The position numbers and the translations under genes were made by a program. The notes beneath the pieces are model-generated. The model had not been told where the DNA came from. It was given only the letters and a program-made list of their open reading frames with translations, and searched no databases. This document shows positions 1-9,594 of a DNA stretch of 64,000 nt, piece by piece. The first letter of the stretch is position 1. Every line of letters starts with the position of its first letter. Origin of the DNA: a virus (Duplodnaviria > Caudoviricetes). The DNA lies in the IMG/VR virus record IMGVR_UViG_3300022555_000003, positions 1-64,000 of that record. One strand, written 5' to 3'.

Positions 1-329
1 GTATTGGTACTTTAAGTCCATCATATAAATTACATGTAACTGGTGATGTATACAATGCAGGTTTTAAATATTTAACTAATAGACTTGGTGCTAGTGCATG
101 GAATAGTAATGGAATACAATTTGGAATGGATGGTATATATTATGGATCAATTGGTTTACAAAATGATTTGTCAATACGAACAAATACTACATTAATAGTT
201 GATGGTAATGTTGGTATTGGTACTACAACTCCACTAGCTAAGTTAGATGTAAACGGTGTTATTGGATATACTGGAAGTTCAAATTATCGATTGGTATTAC
301 CAGTTGGAACAAACCTTTACGCAACTTAA
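1..329 (+). CDS. Tail fibre protein, C-terminal part (5'-partial)
   Basis: Frame of the 126..329 ORF is open from the window start (IGTLSPSYKLHVTG...); GNVGIGTTTP..KLDVNG beta-repeats typical of phage fibres. Confidence 0.7.
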   Translation, partial: IGTLSPSYKLHVTGDVYNAGFKYLTNRLGASAWNSNGIQFGMDGIYYGSIGLQNDLSIRTNTTLIVDGNVGIGTTTPLAKLDVNGVIGYTGSSNYRLVLPVGTNLYAT

Positions 330-371
330 TAAATAGTAGTGTAGTAAGTCCTAGTACAAAATTAATTGTAA

Positions 372-428
372 ATTGAAGCAATTAAAGAACTTAATCAGAA
401 AGTAAAAGACCTAGAAGGAAAACAATAA
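372..428 (+). pseudogene. Relic of an intramolecular chaperone (peptidase S74-type) C-terminal coiled coil
   Basis: Orphan frame IEAIKELNQKVKDLEGKQ* preceded by stops; its TAA overlaps the next ATG (TAATG). Confidence 0.55.
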
Positions 429-1150
429 TGTCAGTATTAACTTCTAATTTACCACTTAGTGGAAATCCAATCAAAATAAGTCAAGCAATCTTAGACCAAG
501 GAATAAGTGGTGGTACAGCACAAAATGACATGAATAGTTCTGGATTTAGAACAGCACTTGGATTATCAGGTAGAGCTTCAGGCAGCCAAATTTCAATGGG
601 TGAAGGATTTGTTTATGATAGTGTGACTACACCTGGAGGACAGAATTTACTTACAGCAGGTTATAGTGTTAACTTTGGTATATGGGGAAATGCTTATTGT
701 AATATTACCCCTAATGCATCAACAGTAGTTAATCAAGATGGAACACCCGCAAGTTATATATATGGACAAGGATCAGGAACACCATATGGTCTCATTTATA
801 CTGATATTTCTCTAGGAGTAGCTGGACCATATTATTGTAGTGTATATGCAAAAGCAAATACATCAGCAATTATGACATTGAACTGTTGGACTGATGGTAA
901 TAGCGAAGTTAATACAGATTTTGATTTGACCCTTAGAACTACAGCATTTAATATTGGAGCAGGAATATATATGGAATATTGTGGGTTTGGTTGGTATCGA
1001 TGTATACAGTTAATTGCTGCTAATGCCTCTAATCTCATACACTTTAGAATTTGGCCTGGTCAGAGAGTTGGTCCTGGTAACACTATAGGTACTTATTTGT
1101 GGGGAGCACAAATAAATACAAGAAGTGTTCAAAATTTCCTACAAGTATAA
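428..1150 (+). CDS. Tail-associated protein with probable carbohydrate-binding-like domain
   Basis: GWYRC and YLWGAQI motifs common in phage fibre/adhesin domains; context. Confidence 0.5.
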   Translation: MSVLTSNLPLSGNPIKISQAILDQGISGGTAQNDMNSSGFRTALGLSGRASGSQISMGEGFVYDSVTTPGGQNLLTAGYSVNFGIWGNAYCNITPNASTVVNQDGTPASYIYGQGSGTPYGLIYTDISLGVAGPYYCSVYAKANTSAIMTLNCWTDGNSEVNTDFDLTLRTTAFNIGAGIYMEYCGFGWYRCIQLIAANASNLIHFRIWPGQRVGPGNTIGTYLWGAQINTRSVQNFLQV

Positions 1151-1187
1151 ATAAAATATAGTTAGATTTTAATAAGCATAAATATTA

Positions 1188-1481
1188 ATGGAGAAACAAA
1201 TGACTGTTGAAATTAAAATTGCCCGTTACGAACTTTACCCTACTGATGAGCCTACTAGTTTCTGTGTAGGATTCCAGGTTTCAGTAAATTCACGTAGTAT
1301 GTATCAAGATACCCAAGTGTCACTTGAAAATGCAAAAGATAAAACAGAAGATGAAATTGTATCAATTGCATTCGTTCAAATTGAAGAATCAATTTCAGCA
1401 TGGATTGAGAATGCTAAATCTAAACCTAGCGTATTAGGCACAACATTTACACCACCTGTATCTACTGGAAATATTAATTAA
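1188..1481 (+). CDS. Hypothetical protein (possible tail fibre assembly protein)
   Basis: 97 aa ORF after ATAAATA motif, in fibre module. Confidence 0.45.
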   Translation: MEKQMTVEIKIARYELYPTDEPTSFCVGFQVSVNSRSMYQDTQVSLENAKDKTEDEIVSIAFVQIEESISAWIENAKSKPSVLGTTFTPPVSTGNIN

Positions 1482-1500
1482 TTATGAAAAAGGAAAAAAT

Positions 1501-1866
1501 ATGGTACTTACTATTGCCCAACTTAAAGAAGCTGACGTAGTATTGAATAAATTGATGAATTCTGAACTCGCTGCGAAAGTTAGTTTTCGTCTTAGTAAAC
1601 TATTAGCGATTATTTCGCCTGAGTTAGTTAGATTTGAAGATTCACGTAAAAAGCTATTTGAAAAGTACGGCGAAGTAGATGGCGAACAAATGAGAATTCC
1701 AGCAGCAAAAGAACAAGAGTTTCTTTCTGAATGGACTGCATTACTTGCAGAGACAGTCGAGTTTTCTCAAATCCAATTCACATTAGAAGATCTTGGAGAC
1801 GTAAAGCTCACAGCTATTGAAATGAGAGCATTTACTCCTTGGATCAAAGAAGAAGTTACAGCTTAA
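1501..1866 (+). CDS. Hypothetical phage protein (coiled-coil, tail module)
   Basis: RBS aaggaaa; 121 aa. Confidence 0.5.
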   Translation: MVLTIAQLKEADVVLNKLMNSELAAKVSFRLSKLLAIISPELVRFEDSRKKLFEKYGEVDGEQMRIPAAKEQEFLSEWTALLAETVEFSQIQFTLEDLGDVKLTAIEMRAFTPWIKEEVTA

Positions 1867-1892
1867 TTTTCAATTCAATAATTACTGTTTTA

Positions 1893-1923
1893 AGAACCGC
1901 AACCTAATACGTTGCGGTTTTTC
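1893..1923 (+). terminator. Intrinsic terminator
   Basis: aaccgcaac-ctaatac-gttgcggtt hairpin followed by T run. Confidence 0.8.
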
Positions 1924-1944
1924 AATTAATATGCTATACTATAA

Positions 1945-2904
1945 TTGATGAGTGTTATACAAACAGTTTTAGATGCGTGGTCTGGAAGTAGGCCAACAAA
2001 GCGATCTGCTAGTGGATGGATTTCTGGTAATTCGTCTTGCTGCACTCATCGTGGTGAATCTAAAGATACACGAGGTCGCGGTGGATTCATTGTAGATACC
2101 AATAAAATATCATATCATTGTTTTAACTGTAATTATACAACCGGATATACTATAGGTGGTAATATTAGTGCTAAATTTTCGAGATTGTTGTTGTGGATTG
2201 GTGTATCTGAACAAGAAATAAACGCAATAAAAATCGAAGCACTTAGAGATAAGCTTGAAAATTTTGAAGAAACTGAAAAAACTGAAATAAAAATTGTTGA
2301 AAAAGCATTACCAATTGACAGTGTTTTAATAAATCACAATGATCATAAACCTTATATTGATTATATTAACAAACGTGGATTAACTAAATCATCATATCAA
2401 TTTTATGTTAGTAAATCTTTACCTAATAAGATTATTATACCATTTAGATTTGAAGGCAAAAATGTTGGCTTCACAACAAGAACAATTGATGGTAAGTTAC
2501 CAAAATATATGAATTATATAGGCATGCCATATGTATTTGGACTAGATATGCAACAGAACAAGTATACTTGGGTACCTGTTATGGAAGGTATATTTGATGC
2601 TATTAGCATTGGTGGGTGCGCAACTCTTGGTAATGAAATAAATGAAACACAAGCTGATTTAATAGACAATCTAGGTAAAACAGTAGTGATAGTTCCAGAC
2701 AGAGATAAGCCAGGTAATAAGTTAATAGAATCAGCAATTAATTTTGGTTGGAAGGTTTCTTTTCCAGAATGGCCAAATAATATTAAAGATGTAAATGATG
2801 CAGTAATTAAGTATGGTCCGCTGTTTGTACTTAAACATATATGGGAAACAAAAGTTGAAGGTGCCACATCGTTAAAACTTCGATTGAAGCTACAGAAGTT
2901 TTAG
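1945..2904 (+). CDS. DNA primase (T4 gp61-like)
   Basis: N-terminal Zn ligands (CC..H, HCFNC); TOPRIM motifs EGIFDA and PDRD; C-terminal KDVND. Confidence 0.85.
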   Translation: MMSVIQTVLDAWSGSRPTKRSASGWISGNSSCCTHRGESKDTRGRGGFIVDTNKISYHCFNCNYTTGYTIGGNISAKFSRLLLWIGVSEQEINAIKIEALRDKLENFEETEKTEIKIVEKALPIDSVLINHNDHKPYIDYINKRGLTKSSYQFYVSKSLPNKIIIPFRFEGKNVGFTTRTIDGKLPKYMNYIGMPYVFGLDMQQNKYTWVPVMEGIFDAISIGGCATLGNEINETQADLIDNLGKTVVIVPDRDKPGNKLIESAINFGWKVSFPEWPNNIKDVNDAVIKYGPLFVLKHIWETKVEGATSLKLRLKLQKF

Positions 2905-3341
2905 TGGACAGTAAATTCCCAAGTATCAATTGCATTTATAGTATTAATTTTTTGTTTTATAACATCAAAGTTTAATGTATTCCACAACCCAGGGTGTAAT
3001 GGTTTTGGAAATTCACCTAACTTAACCCAACAATATCCGTGATGTTCTTCATTTAATACTGGTACAAACTCAAATGGAACAACACAAATATATGTTATAA
3101 ACTTAAAATTGTCATCATCAGATGTATATGTTTCTATAGGTATCAATTTATTAGGAACTGGTATACTTCCTATCTCTTCGTTGAATTCTCTAAATAGTGT
3201 TTCTTTGATGCTTTCGTCAGATTCTCGTCGTCCTCCAACTAGTCCCCAAGTACCTATTTGTTTTTTACTACGTAATAAATATAAGCATCTTTGTGTTTTA
3301 GAACAAAAACATAGAGCGCCAACTGCAATTATCTGTTTCAT
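2901..3341 (-). CDS. Nudix hydrolase
   Basis: Nudix box GG(x5)E(x7)REFNEEIG. Confidence 0.9.
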   Translation of the reverse strand: MKQIIAVGALCFCSKTQRCLYLLRSKKQIGTWGLVGGRRESDESIKETLFREFNEEIGSIPVPNKLIPIETYTSDDDNFKFITYICVVPFEFVPVLNEEHHGYCWVKLGEFPKPLHPGLWNTLNFDVIKQKINTINAIDTWEFTVH

Positions 3342-3347
3342 TTAAAA
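3326..3347. repeat. 22-bp inverted repeat, copy 1 (partner 7490..7511)
   Basis: caattatctgtttcatttaaaa is the reverse complement of ttttaaatgaaacagataattg; covers the Nudix start. Confidence 0.85.
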
Positions 3348-3400
3348 TATTTATCAGCTAAATATAGTATAGTAGAGTATGTGTATCTAGATTTGAATTC

Positions 3401-3665
3401 AAAAAGGAAAATATGAGATTTATAATTTTATTACTGGCTATATCGACATTATATTCACAAGAAAAATATGAAGCAATAACATCTGGTTCATTTGAGCAAT
3501 CAAAAATTGTCAATTCAAAAATTTCAATGACAAAAAGTGTTGGATCTGCAAGTGGTCCATGCACTCCATATATGGATTGGCATACCAATTTAACAACAAA
3601 AGGCGTGGCGTATTGCATTGGTGTATCTGGTATTTGGTCACAAGAAATTATATTATCTCTTGCTG
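3401..3665 (+). repeat. 265-bp inverted repeat, left copy (partner 7802..8066)
   Basis: Identical by eye to the reverse complement of 7802..8066 except a 3-nt patch (gtg vs tca); includes RBS and first 84 codons. Confidence 0.95.
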
Positions 3666-3919
3666 CTACAGCTATAACTACTCTACCTGATGCTACAGGA
3701 ATAACTAATAGCATTCGTAGGGTTATTTGTTTAAGTACTGCTGCGGGTACTTGTACGGTAAATACAACCGGTAGCCAAACTATTATTTCTGCTACTGGTA
3801 GTGCTACTACTTTTAATTTAGCTGCTGGTACCACTGCGGTTCTTATGGCTGATTATGGTAGTTTGACACATCCTGTAAATTCTGCTGCGGGATGGTTAAG
3901 ATTGGCAGATAATCAATAG
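3413..3919 (+). CDS. Signal-peptide protein, variant A
   Basis: MRFIILLLAISTLYSQ signal-like N terminus; Thr/Ala-rich C terminus; RBS aaaggaaa. Confidence 0.7.
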   Translation: MRFIILLLAISTLYSQEKYEAITSGSFEQSKIVNSKISMTKSVGSASGPCTPYMDWHTNLTTKGVAYCIGVSGIWSQEIILSLAATAITTLPDATGITNSIRRVICLSTAAGTCTVNTTGSQTIISATGSATTFNLAAGTTAVLMADYGSLTHPVNSAAGWLRLADNQ

Positions 3920-4004
3920 ATAGACGATATGAATGGGTTATATACTAGTACTAAAAATGTATGAAGATAAGTAAAATCGCAAATTGTGTTAAAATATTTA
4001 CTAA

Positions 4005-5393
4005 TTAGATTACAAGTCTCCAGTTTAAATTTGTATATTCTCCATCAACAGCTTTAACCCATTCATTTTCAACAAACTTATATTGTTTTCCACTTATTAA
4101 ATTAGTTACAACTTGTATAGATGAAATATTATTACTATCAAATACAACTATAAATTTAGTACCATCATATTCAATAATATCATTTCTATTAGCAATAGTT
4201 TCGTGTCCATTTATATTCCATCCAACAGACGATTCACTATCTGATATATTACCTAAACTGTTAAGTAATAAATATCTCTGCCCAAGTATTACATTAGGTA
4301 GGCCATTTATACCTGGTGCTACTCTAGTTGGATCTATTACAGCCGTTATTGCTGTCAAAGTATTAGCTGGCAAAGTATGGGTGTCAACATTGAATAATAG
4401 AACAGTATCATCAGTTGGACTAATAGCAACAGTTCCAACTATTTCACTAGTTGGGTCAGTTTGATCAATCATTCTAAGTTGTGTGATTCCATTTCGTATA
4501 GCACCATACTTATCAATACATGCACTCCATGAAGATAGATCTCCGGTAATAATTTGTGTTTGAATATCAGTAGGATCAGGAACAACATTCACTGAATTAT
4601 TTTTAACTAATTTAACTTCACTATTATTTAAAAATATTCCATAATTTTGAAATGTAATACATGGCCTAGTTCCAAGTAATAGATCATCTGATGAAACAAA
4701 GTCTGATAAATTTCCACGTGGATCAAAAATTCCTGCAATAATTTTTAATATAACACCCATCTTAGTTACTTTAGCTGGCATACTTAACCAAACTGGTAAT
4801 TCAAATTCAAGTGTAGAAATATCAATTTGATCTTCTGTACCTGCTGGAATAGATTTACTTGACCAAGTAGTACCAGTTAATCTCAATGTAGTTAAACTTG
4901 ACCAATCCCAATAATTATCAGTACTTTGAATTTCAATACTTGGATTGAATAACACTAATACTTGTTCTAATATTTGAAATTTTTGATCTGTATTACTAGT
5001 CCAAATATCTGCTTTAACTGTTAAGGTATAAGGAGCAGGCATAATTCTTTCAACAGTATAAGCATTTCCTTGTTCGGGTAGATAACTATCAGTTTCGGAA
5101 TTATATTTTTTGGTACGTACAGACAGTCTTTCTGTAAAAGTAGGACTTTGTAGTCGATCTTGATCATATCTTATATTAGTAATATAAATGCTTATTAATG
5201 GAGTACTTGAAATACTATTTTCACTATTTCGCTTGATGATAGTTGCAGCTTGTCTAGATGAATCTCCATAAGTAACTGGAATTTGTAGTAATGTTCCATC
5301 AGAATATTTCACTTGAAAGTTACTAAGTATTCTAATTATCTGTGTTAAAAAGCGGCGCAATTGTGCGTCATAAAAATAAGTTTCTAGGGCCAT
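4005..5393 (-). CDS. Tail completion / sheath stabiliser (gp15-like)
   Basis: YFYDAQLRRF...IPVTYGDSSRQ...PAPY.L...DIWTSNTDQKFQILEQ motifs; neck/tail context. Confidence 0.7.
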   Translation of the reverse strand: MALETYFYDAQLRRFLTQIIRILSNFQVKYSDGTLLQIPVTYGDSSRQAATIIKRNSENSISSTPLISIYITNIRYDQDRLQSPTFTERLSVRTKKYNSETDSYLPEQGNAYTVERIMPAPYTLTVKADIWTSNTDQKFQILEQVLVLFNPSIEIQSTDNYWDWSSLTTLRLTGTTWSSKSIPAGTEDQIDISTLEFELPVWLSMPAKVTKMGVILKIIAGIFDPRGNLSDFVSSDDLLLGTRPCITFQNYGIFLNNSEVKLVKNNSVNVVPDPTDIQTQIITGDLSSWSACIDKYGAIRNGITQLRMIDQTDPTSEIVGTVAISPTDDTVLLFNVDTHTLPANTLTAITAVIDPTRVAPGINGLPNVILGQRYLLLNSLGNISDSESSVGWNINGHETIANRNDIIEYDGTKFIVVFDSNNISSIQVVTNLISGKQYKFVENEWVKAVDGEYTNLNWRLVI

Positions 5394-5433
5394 GCTTATA
5401 TTTATCAGAAATTAAATACAAGGATTAGATGAT

Positions 5434-6069
5434 TTATATTGTTGCTGCTACAGTAAAGTAACTCAATTCTCCATCTGATGCTAGCGAACCAAATGGTGTC
5501 ATAATCTTTCCCATATAATCATACGGACCAACGAAAAAAGATCCCCAGAAAGCCGGAAGCGTGAAATTGCTGACAAACATACCATTAATAGAGTACATAT
5601 GTTTCTGCACAGCATCACAAATCTCTAGACGATAGACTCTAATTAATCCAGTATCTGAACGAAGTACTTGGTAAGTGCCCTTAGGGTTAACTAAATATTC
5701 CATGATTTCGTGTCCAAGTACATAAGCCGGCGGGATGTTCGATACTTTTATTTTGTCCATAAAGATCAATATAATCGGCTTGCCATATGCATCCACAAGT
5801 CGTATAGCCACGTATCCTGTGTAATTCCACGATACATATTCAGTATCCATAATGCGAACTACTATCTCTCCAAAGCGCATGTCATTTTCGATTATAGTAT
5901 AGCGAAGACTGGCTGTTATTCCCCATGCTGGGTAGAAATCTTGTGTGAGTTGTTTTTGTACTACATTTACAGCATCTGACCCGAGTTTAACAGTTCCAAT
6001 ATCCTGAACGACAATTGTATGTTGTGCAAATGCACTTAATACCAATAACATTAGCAAGGCTAGTTTCAT
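5434..6069 (-). CDS. Secreted zinc-metallopeptidase-like protein
   Basis: Signal peptide MKLALLMLLVLSAFAQ; GHEIMEYLVNP and EICDAV motifs. Confidence 0.55.
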   Translation of the reverse strand: MKLALLMLLVLSAFAQHTIVVQDIGTVKLGSDAVNVVQKQLTQDFYPAWGITASLRYTIIENDMRFGEIVVRIMDTEYVSWNYTGYVAIRLVDAYGKPIILIFMDKIKVSNIPPAYVLGHEIMEYLVNPKGTYQVLRSDTGLIRVYRLEICDAVQKHMYSINGMFVSNFTLPAFWGSFFVGPYDYMGKIMTPFGSLASDGELSYFTVAATI

Positions 6070-6134
6070 TTCTATACCGCTCCTAATTTAGATTTGTGAT
6101 AATTATCACAAATAGTAGATTACACTAATATTTA

Positions 6135-7445
6135 TTAGAAATCTGCATCGGGTCGTAATAGTTTACTAAGAGATTGTTTGCTTGCTTCGATTTGCCCTGA
6201 ATCATTTGTAAATGTATTATTATTGTTAATAAAAGTATCGCGTTGGGTCTGTCCTTCTCCATTTGTTAATGAAGTTCTAACAGAATCAGCACACTTAATC
6301 CAATGTGTGCCATTGAATTTAAATAGTCTATTTGGTAAAAAATCTAAGCGCAAGAAAAAATCTCCAGTAGTTGGACTAGAAGGAAAACTAGTCCCACTCG
6401 TAGTATAATAATCATTTGGAGATTTACCATCTCCAACTAAGTATCCAGCTACAATTTCATCAGGACTGTCAGTTGGTTTAAGTGGTAATGAATTTTTGTC
6501 TCCATCTAACATTGGAGGAATCCATAAACTTGAAGTATCATATCCACTTAGTGGGACAGCTTTTTCAGCTTCATCAATTACCGCATTATTAATATTTAAT
6601 TGTGTATTACCAATTCCTAATAAATCAGATAATGTTGAATTTGTTCCTGGTTGAATTTGTTGTAATATTTGTTTATATTCTTGACTATCAACTAATGGAA
6701 TAGCTTTAACTCTCCACAAATGAGGCCACCAAGTTGGACTATAGCCATTTGCACTTTTCATAGCATCTTGTATTACATAAAATCGTTTAAGTGCAACTGG
6801 TACAGTTTCATCTAATGAGTAAAAATCTTTCAAGTGAGGTAATTCTAATACATCTCCTGACATTAATTTTCGTCCAAGTTGTTGGACCATAGTATTTAAA
6901 TGAAATGTTATAAAAATTGTATCATTGGTTAAAAATAATCCAAATTGACTTAAATTAAAATCTAAATCTTGAACTTGATAAGAACCACGCAATGTATATA
7001 TTGAACTATCGTATTTTCTATCTCTATTTTCTAGTAACAGTAAATCTTGTATATTTTGTGCAGATTGATTTAAATAATTAGGTAATGTGGAATCATTAAT
7101 ATCACTAAACCATATTATAGTTCCAGAAGTTACTATTGATGTAGTTGATTGAGTAAGTGTAACAGTTGTTGGAGTTTTAACGCCAACTTTAGTAGTAGGT
7201 GGAATACCAATGCCAAAAACAAATTGCCCAATATTTATTGTAGATGTATCTGTAAAAGTTAATGTGGTACCAATTGTAGATTGATTAACTGTAACTGTTA
7301 GAGATGTATTATTATTTTGAGGTCCAAGATACATATGAACATTCATATCGGTTGCGCCCATTGTGAATTGTTCATTGATTGATCTATCAAAAAATTTAAA
7401 ATCGTCAGTCCGTTTTCCACCCTGCCAAAGCGAGATACGTGGCAT
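6135..7445 (-). CDS. Neck / head-closure protein (gp14-like)
   Basis: MPRISLW..., ENRDRKYD, DFNLSQFGLFL, GDVLELPHL, WPHLWRVK motifs. Confidence 0.65.
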   Translation of the reverse strand: MPRISLWQGGKRTDDFKFFDRSINEQFTMGATDMNVHMYLGPQNNNTSLTVTVNQSTIGTTLTFTDTSTINIGQFVFGIGIPPTTKVGVKTPTTVTLTQSTTSIVTSGTIIWFSDINDSTLPNYLNQSAQNIQDLLLLENRDRKYDSSIYTLRGSYQVQDLDFNLSQFGLFLTNDTIFITFHLNTMVQQLGRKLMSGDVLELPHLKDFYSLDETVPVALKRFYVIQDAMKSANGYSPTWWPHLWRVKAIPLVDSQEYKQILQQIQPGTNSTLSDLLGIGNTQLNINNAVIDEAEKAVPLSGYDTSSLWIPPMLDGDKNSLPLKPTDSPDEIVAGYLVGDGKSPNDYYTTSGTSFPSSPTTGDFFLRLDFLPNRLFKFNGTHWIKCADSVRTSLTNGEGQTQRDTFINNNNTFTNDSGQIEASKQSLSKLLRPDADF

Positions 7446-7489
7446 ATTATAAATTACTCCTCTATTACTATATATTTATCATATAAATG

Positions 7490-7511
7490 TTTTAAATGAA
7501 ACAGATAATTG
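7490..7511. repeat. 22-bp inverted repeat, copy 2
   Basis: Duplicate of Nudix 5' end (ATGAAACAGATAATTG). Confidence 0.85.
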
Positions 7512-7596
7512 TAAGAGGTAAGAACATCCCTAACGGGAGTTTGGTCTGGGCCGGCGCGGTTACGGCCGTGACAAAAAGAATGAGGAAAAGTTTCAC
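7492..7596 (-). pseudogene. GC-rich fragment of a signal-peptide gene
   Basis: RBS aaaggag + GTG, VKLFLILFVTAVTAPAQTKLPLG...; only 34 codons. Confidence 0.4.
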
Positions 7597-7727
7597 GATT
7601 ACTCCTTTGGTGAACGTTTTTCTATATTTCATCTCGCGAAATAACACAAAAAAGATGGCCTGGCGGCAGATGCTCAGGTACCGTACTCCGTATTTACGGT
7701 GGCTATGGAACGATCACCTTGCGTAAT

Positions 7728-8057
7728 TCAATTCGCCCAAACGTAGCCGTACCGTTTGCGTGCAATTGATGTTCCATCAGATAGCTCAGTACTTGCATGA
7801 CCAGCAAGAGATAATATAATTTCTTGTGACCAAATACCAGATACACCAATGCAATACGCCACGCCTTTTGTTGTTAAATTGGTATGCCAATCCATATATG
7901 GAGTGCATGGACCACTTGCAGATCCAATGATTTTTGTCATTGAAATTTTTGAATTGACAATTTTTGATTGCTCAAATGAACCAGATGTTATTGCTTCATA
8001 TTTTTCTTGTGAATATAATGTCGATATAGCCAGTAATAAAATTATAAATCTCATATT
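7728..8057 (-). CDS. Signal-peptide protein, variant B (same N terminus as 3413..3919, different C terminus)
   Basis: First 84 aa shared except SV vs II; diverges after IILSLA; ATG at 8057 with RBS. Confidence 0.7.
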   Translation of the reverse strand, partial: NMRFIILLLAISTLYSQEKYEAITSGSFEQSKIVNSKISMTKIIGSASGPCTPYMDWHTNLTTKGVAYCIGVSGIWSQEIILSLAGHASTELSDGTSIARKRYGYVWAN

Positions 8058-8066
8058 TTCCTTTTT
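7802..8066 (-). repeat. 265-bp inverted repeat, right copy
   Basis: See 3401..3665. Confidence 0.95.
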
Positions 8067-8112
8067 AGTAATCAAGTACTATATATTTATCATAGTTATG
8101 ATAAATAATTAT

Positions 8113-8874
8113 ATGGCTACTCTCGACAGCAAAAAACAAGAAATCTTTGAATATGTATTAGATAAACTGGGACGAGGAATGGTAGACGTAGAACTCGATC
8201 CATCCCATTTAGAGATGGCATATAAAAAAGCGATACGTACTTACAGAGGCCGTGCTTCAAATGCAGAAGAAGAATCGTATGTATTCTTAGATGTTGTAAA
8301 AGATGTACAAGATTATATATTACCTGAAGAAGTATCCACAGTTAGACAAATTTTTAGACGTACAATAGGTGCAACTGGAGAAAATGCAGGTGATAGCTTT
8401 GAACCATTCCAAGCTAGTTTCGTTTCATCTTATTTACTTACTGCGGCAAATGGCATGTCTGGGTCATTACTAACTTTTGATTTATATAAACAGTTTCAAA
8501 CGTTGACAGCAATGATGTTTGGAGCACATGTTTTATTCACATTTAATCCAGTAACTAAAAAATTATCTTTGGTAAGAAGACCAACTGGTGATTTAGAAAG
8601 AATGATGTTATGGGTATATAATATGAAGCCAGAAATTTACTTAGTATCTGATCCTAAAATAGTAAATTGGATAATGGATTATACTTACTCAACATCTAAA
8701 TTTACATTAGGCGAAGCAAGAAGTAAGTTTAATCAAATCAATGGACCACAAGGTGGAACATCTTTAAATGGTAATGACTTAAAAGCCGAAGCCAAAGAAG
8801 AAATTGCATTGTTAATGGAAGATTTGAGAAACTTAGTTGATAATTCTGCCCCACTATCTTTTATTATTGGATAA
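8113..8874 (+). CDS. Neck protein (gp13-like)
   Basis: Likely start MATLDSKK after ATAAATA; LG.GMVDVELD motif and C-terminal GPQGGTSLNG..LK.EA. Confidence 0.75.
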   Translation: MATLDSKKQEIFEYVLDKLGRGMVDVELDPSHLEMAYKKAIRTYRGRASNAEEESYVFLDVVKDVQDYILPEEVSTVRQIFRRTIGATGENAGDSFEPFQASFVSSYLLTAANGMSGSLLTFDLYKQFQTLTAMMFGAHVLFTFNPVTKKLSLVRRPTGDLERMMLWVYNMKPEIYLVSDPKIVNWIMDYTYSTSKFTLGEARSKFNQINGPQGGTSLNGNDLKAEAKEEIALLMEDLRNLVDNSAPLSFIIG

Positions 8875-8910
8875 GTTGAGTATTATCACAAAATATGTTA
8901 TACTAAATTA

Positions 8911-9594
8911 ATGAACTTATATGGAATAGTTGGATTTGCTGGCTCTGGTAAAGATACTGTTGCAAATTACCTATGTGAAAAATACAGACACAAAAAAGTA
9001 ACATTTGCTGGACCAATCAAAGACATGTTAAGTGTATTATTTGGGTGGGATCGTGCGTTAATTGAAGGCGATACCACCAAGAGTAGACTTTGGCGCGAAG
9101 AAGTAGATGAATGGTGGTCAAAAAAACTAAATATACCAAATTTTACACCAAGATGGGCTATGCAGCACCTTGGGACAGAAATAATTCGTAAAAATTTTAA
9201 TGATGATTTATGGGTATCATTGGCCGAGCGTACTTTTTTAAAATTTGATATAGATGATAACATAATTATAAGCGATTGTAGACACCCAAAAGAGTTTGAA
9301 TTAATTTCTAAATATAATGGTAAACTTATAAAAGTTATTAGGAACTCGGCAGCTAACGCATGGGATAAGTTAGCTGAATATCAAAATTTAGCTGACGAAG
9401 TTACATTAAAGAAAATGAATGATGAGAAACGCACTATGCAGCATTTATTTCCATATGTTCATAATTCTGAGTGGGCATGGGTTGGTAGGAAAACTGATTA
9501 CATAATTACAAATTTTGGAACAGTAGATCAACTACACAACGAAATAGATAAGTTTATTTTTTCTGAATTTGCAGTATCTAAAAATCAGCACTAA
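8911..9594 (+). CDS. Deoxynucleoside monophosphate kinase (gp1-like)
   Basis: GFAGSGKDT P-loop; TPRWAMQHLGTE; IISDCR; HNSEW. Confidence 0.9.
   Translation: MNLYGIVGFAGSGKDTVANYLCEKYRHKKVTFAGPIKDMLSVLFGWDRALIEGDTTKSRLWREEVDEWWSKKLNIPNFTPRWAMQHLGTEIIRKNFNDDLWVSLAERTFLKFDIDDNIIISDCRHPKEFELISKYNGKLIKVIRNSAANAWDKLAEYQNLADEVTLKKMNDEKRTMQHLFPYVHNSEWAWVGRKTDYIITNFGTVDQLHNEIDKFIFSEFAVSKNQH

Noticed and set aside
3401-8066. DGR template/variable repeat pair
   Set aside because: Copies are inverted and differ only in one 3-nt patch rather than at scattered adenines; no reverse transcriptase in the window
7849-8112. N-terminal extension of the gp13-like ORF (and the 3358..3834 minus-strand ORF)
   Set aside because: These are antisense readings of the inverted-repeat genes; the true gp13-like start is probably 8113 after the late motif
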